Below are positions 26,047 through 32,941 of a stretch of DNA of 32,941 bases, in pieces. The notes beneath the pieces were generated by a model. It saw only the letters and a list, made by a program, of their open reading frames with translations. It was not told the DNA's origin and did not search any database. The position numbers and the translations under genes were made by a program. The stretch lies in IMG/VR virus record IMGVR_UViG_3300037869_000009, positions 74,094-107,034 of that record; one strand, given 5' to 3'. How positions within the stretch are numbered: position 1 is the first letter of the stretch; the number at the start of each line of letters is the position of its first letter. The DNA comes from a virus.

Positions 26047-26766
26047 CTAGCTGATTGGGATCGTAGCCCGGAAGTCGGACAGCATGTCCACCAGGGCCTG
26101 CAGTCCGCCGATCGCATCGGCGGGGTCCGCATCTAGACCCCCCGTGAAAGTCGGTACCTGGGGCAAGCCAGCCAGCCCAGTCAGCGTGTTCATCAGATTC
26201 AGGATTGCAGCCACGGATCCAAGGGCCCGGGACAGGTTGTCCATTGATGCAGCAGCAGTGGCTTCACCGCAACCAATGATGGTCAGCAACCCTGGGACCC
26301 GGACCGATAGTTCCCGGGCCGCAGTGATACGCAGCAAGTAGCGCTGAATCGAAACCAGTTCCTGGATGATGCCCTGAAGCAGCATGATCACGACATCCAA
26401 GAGATCGGCAATCGTGGCGAAGACACTGATGGGGGGCAGCAGGGCCAGCAGTTCTTCGATGCGCTTCGCGAGTTCGGGTAAGCAGCCCACCAGCTTGCCC
26501 GGGTCCGGGGGCGGACCCAGCGCATCGGGAATGGCTTTCACACATTCGTGAATCGCATTGATGGTTTCAATAATCGTGAAGATGGGGTCCAGCGGAGCCA
26601 GCGCGCTGTTGGCTTGCCCCAGTAACCCCTTCGCCATCTGGAACAGGCTGGGGGGCAACCCGGCCAGCTGGCCTTCCAGCACGGCACCCCCGGGCATCCG
26701 AATCCGTAGCGCATCGGGAAATCCCGCAAGCGCATCACACAGGGTATCAAGCGGCGGGAGTGCCAT
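26047..26766 (-). CDS. Hypothetical helical tail/baseplate-region protein
   Basis: Long amphipathic-helix ORF downstream of the spike gene; ATG 26766 preferred. Confidence 0.72.
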   Translation of the reverse strand: MALPPLDTLCDALAGFPDALRIRMPGGAVLEGQLAGLPPSLFQMAKGLLGQANSALAPLDPIFTIIETINAIHECVKAIPDALGPPPDPGKLVGCLPELAKRIEELLALLPPISVFATIADLLDVVIMLLQGIIQELVSIQRYLLRITAARELSVRVPGLLTIIGCGEATAAASMDNLSRALGSVAAILNLMNTLTGLAGLPQVPTFTGGLDADPADAIGGLQALVDMLSDFRATIPIS

Positions 26767-27160
26767 TGCTGCCAGCTCTAGCATCGATGCGCGCCGCTTC
26801 GAGTGCCAATGAAATCACGTCAGAGCTACAGGCTTCCTGAACCAGCCCTACGATGCGGTGCAACGTCACCAGTTCTGTTTCCGCGGCCACCATGTTCGGA
26901 TTGATCCAGATCGTACACACCAGATGCATGTCCGGATCTTCATGAGCCCCGGCCACACCAGCTTCAGACACAGCAAACACCAACTTCAACTCTTTGACTT
27001 CGTCCGGACGTCGGGTCCGCTTTACGCGCCATTCATTGTATTCGGCACTGACAGACTTCAGCCGGGCTTCCAGCTTCAACGGGATAGTGTCCAAGTCACA
27101 GTTGCATAGCTGGGCATTCAAAAGTTCCACCAGCTGTTCCGCAGTTCGGGTCATATGCAT
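26747..27160 (-). CDS. Hypothetical protein (137 aa)
   Basis: Co-oriented; fills the gap after gpV. Confidence 0.65.
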   Translation of the reverse strand: MHMTRTAEQLVELLNAQLCNCDLDTIPLKLEARLKSVSAEYNEWRVKRTRRPDEVKELKLVFAVSEAGVAGAHEDPDMHLVCTIWINPNMVAAETELVTLHRIVGLVQEACSSDVISLALEAARIDARAGSNGTPAA

Positions 27161-27169
27161 CAGGGGGTC

Positions 27170-27742
27170 CTAGATGGGGTCCGTGGATTCCCGCACAATG
27201 CGCCCATTCAAGCGAATCTGCAGGGCCTGGATATCGACTACACCGACACTGCGAATAACCACAGCAACTGAACCTGCGATGGTAACACCGTGGCTAACCC
27301 CATCGATTTCGATCAGGTCTTCGGGGTGATCCAGGTCCGTGATTCGGATCGCTTCGTGCCCCGGCCTATCATCCAGCACGACTTCGAACCGCTTCGATGC
27401 GAAGCCATGGACCTGCCCCGCTTCTTCCAGGGTCAAAGCCCGCGCAAAACGCGGGACTTCTGTTTTTCCCGCGGGTGCGCCCCAGGCGCCGATCAGGTAA
27501 CGGGGTTGATCTACGTCCCCCATTACAAAGAACACCGCAACTTCGGCACCGATCTGCGGTGGCCAATAGAACCCCACGCCATCGCTACCGCCACCCGTGC
27601 TGCCTACTGGCATGGCCCAGTCCGATGCAGGTTCGATCAGACCTGGGACCTGGAACCTGACCCGCCCCATCCGGAGCGGGTCTTTGTTGTCCACCACGAC
27701 CCCTTCGTAAAGCGCCACGAACTTGGGATCAGGTTCACTCAC
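27170..27742 (-). CDS. Baseplate assembly protein V / gp5-type spike (OB-fold)
   Basis: YEGVVVDNKDPLRMGRVRFQVP...WAMP...GFYWPPQIGAEVAVFFVMGDVDQPRYLIG. Confidence 0.92.
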   Translation of the reverse strand: MSEPDPKFVALYEGVVVDNKDPLRMGRVRFQVPGLIEPASDWAMPVGSTGGGSDGVGFYWPPQIGAEVAVFFVMGDVDQPRYLIGAWGAPAGKTEVPRFARALTLEEAGQVHGFASKRFEVVLDDRPGHEAIRITDLDHPEDLIEIDGVSHGVTIAGSVAVVIRSVGVVDIQALQIRLNGRIVRESTDPI

Positions 27743-29040
27743 TGGTCTTCATCTGGCACCACGGGGTCCCGCAATTGCAAGGGTTGGAATGTAACCTGGG
27801 GTGCACCATCGGGGTCCTTACCCAGATACTTGGCCAGCAGATTTGGAGTGGTGTCAATGGTCCGGTGTCCCGCCACACCGGAAGGCACCCCCTTGCGAGC
27901 GCTTAGCCCGGGGCCTACCTGGATCGCCGAAGCTTCCTTGGCCAATGCACTGGTGCCTTCGTGACCCCCGGTCCCATCAGCGATCAACTTTACGTTGCAC
28001 TTGTACCCGCTATCGATGGTGTGCCTGACTTCGGTCACGTAGTAGCGTTGTGACAGCCGCTTCCCGATACCACGAACTTCCACAACCGATTTCGCAAGCA
28101 AGTTGGGATCACCCAACATTTCGATCGTCATCTTGAGGGCACCGTGTTGGCTGCGCCGGAAATGCGCTGAAGCGCTGCGGTGTGCACCGTCTTCGGTGCG
28201 TTCAGAGCTGGGCATAATGAAGGACTGCGCCATCTTCAGGAACGCCGGTGGCAGAAAGTTGGAGTCCGTCCCTGGCAGCGCTTGGACCGCAGCCATCCCG
28301 GTTCGCTTCTGTTCGGTTTCGTGGCTTGCAACGGTGTCGATCGTTCGCTTCTCCTGGGGGTCCCTGGACTTGACCCGCACGGTGCCCGGCTTCGACACCG
28401 CATCGTTTTCGATTCCGATGCTGATGACTTCCTTGGGTACACCGTGATCTGAGTCTGTGTATTCGATGATTCGTAGGGGTCGCTGTGCAAGGTTACGTTT
28501 GTGGAAGTGGAACCCGTCGAAATCCACATACCATTCCATGCCCTCCTGATGCGCCAGCTTGCTGACGAACTGCATATCCGTTAGACGGGCCTGGGTGATC
28601 TGCCCTCGAACCGTCTTCGTGTTTTCAATATGCAACACTTCAGGACTGTTGTAGCCATGTTCGCGTGCAATCTGTTTGATGACGTCGGACCGCGACATGT
28701 TTTCGAAAATGCGGTTCTTGACCACTTGATTCATCGCGAGTTCTTCACCCAGCGCTTCGATGCTGAGTTCTTGAAACCCAGTGACCTTATGGATTCGGCA
28801 TCGTCGCGTAGGAGCCAGCGATTCGGGGTAGCCCCACGACACTTCAACAATGTTACCGTGGGCCCAAATCGGATCGTCGAAGTTACGCAAATCGTGGTTG
28901 TCCACAGTCAGCTTCAACTGATCTGCCTTGTCTTCGCAGTCTTCGTATTCGAACGAAAGAATCAGGTCAGACAGATCTAGGCGGACTCCCTTGGCGCCTA
29001 CCGGGATAACGCTGACAAACACGATCGGTTCATTGTGCAT
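27739..29040 (-). CDS. Phage late control D / gp27-like baseplate hub protein
   Basis: ADQLKLTVDN, VEVSWGY, ITQ..LTDMQFVSKLAHQEG, LGDPNLLA and YYVTEVRHTID. Start moved to ATG 29040. Confidence 0.9.
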   Translation of the reverse strand: MHNEPIVFVSVIPVGAKGVRLDLSDLILSFEYEDCEDKADQLKLTVDNHDLRNFDDPIWAHGNIVEVSWGYPESLAPTRRCRIHKVTGFQELSIEALGEELAMNQVVKNRIFENMSRSDVIKQIAREHGYNSPEVLHIENTKTVRGQITQARLTDMQFVSKLAHQEGMEWYVDFDGFHFHKRNLAQRPLRIIEYTDSDHGVPKEVISIGIENDAVSKPGTVRVKSRDPQEKRTIDTVASHETEQKRTGMAAVQALPGTDSNFLPPAFLKMAQSFIMPSSERTEDGAHRSASAHFRRSQHGALKMTIEMLGDPNLLAKSVVEVRGIGKRLSQRYYVTEVRHTIDSGYKCNVKLIADGTGGHEGTSALAKEASAIQVGPGLSARKGVPSGVAGHRTIDTTPNLLAKYLGKDPDGAPQVTFQPLQLRDPVVPDEDQ

Positions 29041-29368
29041 CGCGCCGCTTCTCGGAAAGCACCTTCTCCCGCAGCGTACGAATTGAAGGCACAATTATCA
29101 CGGACCCCGCCACCAATGCGATCGTGGGGTCGTGAATGGGGTGCGGCTGGAAGTCCGCAATGACCCACCAATAGCCTGCGGGACGGGGCAAGGGTTGGAA
29201 ATAGCGTCCTGCCAGGGTGAACAGCGTGTCCCCTTCTTCGACGTAATGAACCACGTTGTCAGGTAGCGCTTCAAATCCGAATGGCGTGCGGTCCGTGAGG
29301 TAAAAATGTTCACCGTCATCGAAGCGACCTTCTACGAAGGTATGACGGCTGCCCTCATAGAGTGTCAT
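29030..29368 (-). CDS. LysM-domain baseplate protein (gpX/gp53-like)
   Basis: HYVEEGDTLFTLAGRYF...WWVIADF...IHDP...LVAGSVIIVP. Confidence 0.88.
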   Translation of the reverse strand: MTLYEGSRHTFVEGRFDDGEHFYLTDRTPFGFEALPDNVVHYVEEGDTLFTLAGRYFQPLPRPAGYWWVIADFQPHPIHDPTIALVAGSVIIVPSIRTLREKVLSEKRRDAQ

Positions 29369-29897
29369 GGCTATCGCGCTCCCTCTTGAAGCGCTTCCCC
29401 AGTCTGAGCTTGGGATCCGATGTTATGTGCTCCATGGTCATCAGCTGGTCCGGGCATTCCTCGAAGGATACCGATGCTTCCATCAGCGTGGACTGCGCTT
29501 CACTGTTGAAGCTGGCGTGGTTGATCTTCAGCCCCGTCATGTAGCAAACCAGCGACAGCATGCCGGGCCACACTACCAAAAGCTTTGGGGGTCCCCCACC
29601 AACACGTTGGGACTGCACCGCCCTCGGATAAGCCCATGACAACATCTGGCGCCGGGCCCGCTGCAGCCCTTCGAGTTCTTCGGGTGAATAGGCTCTGAAG
29701 CGTAGCTTCACGCTGATTTCGTAGGGTCCCGTATGCGTGAAGTGATGCACTTCGTGGCTCAATCCCTGGACCTGCATCCTGCTGAACTGGGGCGCCACGC
29801 TTTCGTCCATCTCATTGGGATTGAACTGGGCCGATACCCGTTCTTTGTTTCGCAAGTTACGGATATACAAGCGCGGTGGTTCTGCGGGACTGATCAT
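29355..29897 (-). CDS. Tail tube initiator (CIS tube / gpU-like) protein
   Basis: AQFNPNE, GGGPPKLLVVWP and ASVSFEE motifs; located between the tape measure and LysM genes. Confidence 0.85.
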   Translation of the reverse strand: MISPAEPPRLYIRNLRNKERVSAQFNPNEMDESVAPQFSRMQVQGLSHEVHHFTHTGPYEISVKLRFRAYSPEELEGLQRARRQMLSWAYPRAVQSQRVGGGPPKLLVVWPGMLSLVCYMTGLKINHASFNSEAQSTLMEASVSFEECPDQLMTMEHITSDPKLRLGKRFKRERDSHDTL

Positions 29898-32539
29898 TCG
29901 ACACCTACGGGGCGCCCTGCCCGAGAGTTCAGGCTGCGCTGACTGCGAGACATTGCCTTGAAGATGGTATCCCCGTTGACCTGCACCACGGTGGTGATGG
30001 GCTGCTTTTGAAGTGCCGCGGCTAACCCTTCGGTGTCGATCTCAGTCGTGCCAGCTTGGGCCTGCGAAGCTTGGGCCTGTGCGATTGCCGGCATGTTGGA
30101 CGCGGACGGCGCAGGGGCCCGGGCCGCTGCGGTGGCAAGGTCGCCTGCGGGTGTGACCGCAACCGTGGCTTCAGCATTTTTTGTGATCCAGTCCGGAAGC
30201 GAAGTGATCCAACCGCTGACCTTCGAAATGATCCCGCTGATTTTGCTGACGATGGAAGTCACGAGATCGGAAACCCAGGTCACCTTGGAAGCGATCCAGG
30301 CAACGGCTGCACTTATCCAGTTCCCGATTATTGAAAAGATGGGCATGAAGAAATCGCTGATGGCCTGGCCGAAGGCCCGCAACGTCTCGGTGATGGCGCC
30401 CCAGCCCGTGCTGACCATGTCTGCGAAGTTCATGATGGCGCCCCAGATCACGGAGCCGATCCGCATTGCCCACCCCGCGATGAAGTCGCCGATCGCGGTG
30501 AAGCCTTGCCAGAAAATATCCACGATCCACATCACTTCGTCGCGAACCAGTTGAAAGCCACGGACCCAGGACTGTACGAAGTCCGAGATCATGCCCTTTA
30601 CCGTATCCATCACGAAGTTGAAGATCTCCACGGCCCCTTCCCACAGGCCCACGAAAAAGTTCCGGACCGTTTCTACGGCGCCCACGATCCATTTCCAGAA
30701 GTCACTGTTGCGGACCACGTCTACCCAATACATGAACGACGCTGCGACCTGCTTCCCGATCGCGGTCAACAAGCGGATGGAGTAATCCACTACTGAAGAA
30801 ATGATGTTGTAGAGCGCTATGTATGGGCTGATATACGCCATGGCTAGGGTCTTCACCCAGTCCCATGCCCATGCTCCGAACCCGGACAGAATGTTGCGGA
30901 CCCAGCTGAAGGCCCCAGTGACGATGTCCGCCACCCAGTTGAAGGCGCTCATGGCGGCATCACCGATCGCGGTAAAGGCGCCGGCCACTGCGTCCCAGAT
31001 ACCGCGAGCGAAATCCGTGATGTAGTTCCACATCACTTTGGTTCCCAGAACGATGGCATCTGTGATGCCCCACCAGTTCTGAGTCAACGCCAGTATTGCG
31101 AGCCCCACAACCGCGATGACTGCAATCCACAACAAGAATGGAGCGAGCGCGGTCCAGACGGCGCCAGCAAGGGACCACACCGCTGCCATCGCTGGTTTCG
31201 TCACTGTGGTCATTGCGGCCATACCCACTTTGTAGAGCGGCATCACTGCACCCAGCGCGATGGCGGCGCCAACTATTCCGACCAGTGCCAGTGTGGCTAG
31301 ACCCACCACCGCAGCGAACACCTTCATAGGCATCGGCATTGCTTCCACTGCTAGAGCAAGGCCAGTCAGCAGCGAAGTCACGACACGTAGCGCCGGGGTC
31401 AGGACGGTAGTGAACACTGCGCCAATCGCGATCATGGCGCGGTCCATCTTCGCGTTCATCAGCTTCTTTTGACCTTCGTAAGTCTCCAGCATCCGCTTAC
31501 TGAAGTCCGCCGCGGTGCCCTCGGAATAGATCGTCTGTTTCCGCAGGTACGCCACAGCATCGGCATTTTTCAAAGTCTCGCCGGTGTTGGTTTTCACACC
31601 GGTGGTCAGCTGAGTCATGATCGCGGTAACGCCAGCCAGGGCATGGGCACCGAACGTATCCACTAGGAAGGCGCCACGATCCGCAATCGTCATCTTGTCT
31701 AACGCAGGTAGCATGTCCCCGATGACGTCCAGGAATGGCCGGAAATTGCCGGTAGCGTCAACGGCACTAACCCCAATCTCTCGCAACGCCTTCTGCGTTT
31801 TTGAGCTCACCATTTTTTCCATGCTGGTAGCTACAGCGGTACTGCCACGTTCGATGCCGGGAATAACGTTCTTGACTAGACCCACCGCCACAACGGTTTC
31901 AGTCAAAGACTGGTTCATGGCTTGGGCGCCACGGGACGCAATGCCCAATGCCTGCGGAAGGTCTGAAGCGGACAGCGCGAAAGTGTTCACCGCGGACAAC
32001 ATTTGGTCCACGGCTACACCGGCCAGCTTCGCATCGATGCCAAACGCCTTCAGGGCTTGCGAAGCCAGGCCCGCAGCTTCTTCAGGACTCAATTTGCCCA
32101 AGCTTCCGGCTGCTAGCTCCAACGTGGGTCGCAACAGATCAATGCTTTCCTGCGCGCTGTAGCCCGCTGCTGCCAGTTCCTGCAACGCGTTCATGGCCTG
32201 GACCGGGGTACTGCCCAGGTCTGTAGCCATGCCCAGCGCAGCCTTCTTCATGAGATCCATTTCGGCGGCGCTGGCCTTCGACACTGCGCCGGCTGCAGCC
32301 ACAGACTGTTCGAACTCGCCAGCAGCATCGGCCAACTTGAAGGCCCCCATGATGCCCACCGCGGAAGCGGCAACCCCGGTCATGCCCACCAGGAAGCGAT
32401 TCATCCCCGCTTCCATGCCGGTAATCGTGGTCCCGCTGACTTTCTCCAGGGACTTCAGGTTACCTTCCAACTTGCCCATGACCCCGCTGGCCATGTCGGT
32501 AGCGGTGAACAGGAACCCGAGTCCAAGGCTATTGAGCAT
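29894..32539 (-). CDS. Tail tape measure protein (TP901-like core, Trp-rich repeats), 881 aa
   Basis: FEQSVA...AMNALQELAAAGYSAQE, GVSAVDATGNFRPF, a hydrophobic centre and periodic W/F repeats. ATG 32539 overlaps the upstream TGA. Confidence 0.95.
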   Translation of the reverse strand: MLNSLGLGFLFTATDMASGVMGKLEGNLKSLEKVSGTTITGMEAGMNRFLVGMTGVAASAVGIMGAFKLADAAGEFEQSVAAAGAVSKASAAEMDLMKKAALGMATDLGSTPVQAMNALQELAAAGYSAQESIDLLRPTLELAAGSLGKLSPEEAAGLASQALKAFGIDAKLAGVAVDQMLSAVNTFALSASDLPQALGIASRGAQAMNQSLTETVVAVGLVKNVIPGIERGSTAVATSMEKMVSSKTQKALREIGVSAVDATGNFRPFLDVIGDMLPALDKMTIADRGAFLVDTFGAHALAGVTAIMTQLTTGVKTNTGETLKNADAVAYLRKQTIYSEGTAADFSKRMLETYEGQKKLMNAKMDRAMIAIGAVFTTVLTPALRVVTSLLTGLALAVEAMPMPMKVFAAVVGLATLALVGIVGAAIALGAVMPLYKVGMAAMTTVTKPAMAAVWSLAGAVWTALAPFLLWIAVIAVVGLAILALTQNWWGITDAIVLGTKVMWNYITDFARGIWDAVAGAFTAIGDAAMSAFNWVADIVTGAFSWVRNILSGFGAWAWDWVKTLAMAYISPYIALYNIISSVVDYSIRLLTAIGKQVAASFMYWVDVVRNSDFWKWIVGAVETVRNFFVGLWEGAVEIFNFVMDTVKGMISDFVQSWVRGFQLVRDEVMWIVDIFWQGFTAIGDFIAGWAMRIGSVIWGAIMNFADMVSTGWGAITETLRAFGQAISDFFMPIFSIIGNWISAAVAWIASKVTWVSDLVTSIVSKISGIISKVSGWITSLPDWITKNAEATVAVTPAGDLATAAARAPAPSASNMPAIAQAQASQAQAGTTEIDTEGLAAALQKQPITTVVQVNGDTIFKAMSRSQRSLNSRAGRPVGVE

Positions 32540-32805
32540 CAGCGTTTCCTGGGGGTACGTGTTGATTTCACGGACTTCTGGATCGCATCGGTTTCGGCCT
32601 GTCGCTGCCTTCGACCACGATCTACCAGCCACAGGATATCAGGCAGCCGAAGGGCATCTAAATCCGCGAACGATACATTTAGACCACTGCCCCCCTGCTG
32701 CTGCCAGCAAAGTTCGAACCAGATTTCCAACACGTCTTCGCGTTCCGCCAACGGAAGCAGCTGTGTTGCATCTACTTCGGGAACAGTAGTCCTGCATCGA
32801 AAGGG
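32539..32805 (-). CDS. Tail assembly chaperone C-terminal extension (probable -1 frameshift product, or a short separate gene)
   Basis: Open frame ...EIWFELCWQQQGGSGLNVSFADLDALRLPDILWL... lies in the -1 frame of the upstream chaperone and has no convincing start. Confidence 0.6.
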   Translation of the reverse strand, partial: PFRCRTTVPEVDATQLLPLAEREDVLEIWFELCWQQQGGSGLNVSFADLDALRLPDILWLVDRGRRQRQAETDAIQKSVKSTRTPRKR

Positions 32806-32941
32806 AGTTCTATCTCTTGCACCGCGTAACATGCGGGGCACTCCACTTCGATGGTGGTATCCACACCGCAGTCCACACGATCAAAGCCACGCAGCATTTC
32901 GCGATGCACTGTCCCGCTCAAATCTTCGACCCATTCCACTT
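32772..32941 (-). CDS. Partial tail assembly chaperone (T4 gp26-like C-terminal CPxC motif)
   Basis: Manual translation: VEWVEDLSGTVHREMLRGFDRVDCGVDTTIEVECPACYAVQEIELPFDAGLLFPK*. Located just upstream of the tape measure gene. Confidence 0.75.
   Translation of the reverse strand, partial: VEWVEDLSGTVHREMLRGFDRVDCGVDTTIEVECPACYAVQEIELPFDAGLLFPK

Larger units (their letters stand above)
1..32941. mobile_element. Segment of a contractile-tailed phage/prophage genome (tail, lysis, control and replication modules)
   Basis: Co-oriented tape measure, baseplate, tail fibre and endolysin genes plus primase and helicases. No host housekeeping genes, integrase or att site are visible in the window. 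Confidence 0.95.

Noticed and set aside
1610-32789. Numerous long + strand ORFs overlapping minus-strand genes
   Set aside because: These are shadow ORFs expected in GC-rich coding DNA; they show no motifs and overlap well-supported genes.
16333-32941. Interpretation as a stand-alone extracellular contractile injection system or tailocin
   Set aside because: The tail genes are linked to a full replication module and a sigma factor, which favours a phage. Head genes would lie outside the window and cannot be confirmed here.

Overview
The whole window is phage or prophage DNA from a contractile-tailed (myovirus-type) phage, and almost all genes lie on the minus strand. Read in the direction of transcription (right to left), it starts with a partial tail assembly chaperone with a candidate -1 frameshift and the tape measure gene. 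Next come the tube-initiator, LysM, gpD, gpV, gp25, gpJ and gpI-type baseplate genes, several tail-fibre or receptor-binding genes, and a lysis cassette built around a TIGR02594 endolysin. A largely non-coding control region of about 2.5 kb follows (9.5-12 kb). The window ends with a replication/transcription module: an SF2 helicase with an HNH intein, a DnaB-like helicase, a DnaG-like primase, a UvrD helicase, a sigma-70-type factor and a partial Zn-ribbon/acidic protein. A Myxococcota host is a tentative inference from my recollection of similar tail modules. The most unusual signals are: (1) a perfect 20-26 bp palindrome repeated at three dispersed sites; (2) an origin-like array of ~10-bp repeats followed by four back-to-back hairpins; (3) a candidate ~350-nt structured + strand RNA; (4) a 77-aa gene with its own promoter and terminator that copies the tail-fibre C-terminal tip; (5) a recurring TAnnnT-N7-ATG leaderless-promoter signature. 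All calls come from reading the sequence by eye; no searches or folding programs were run.
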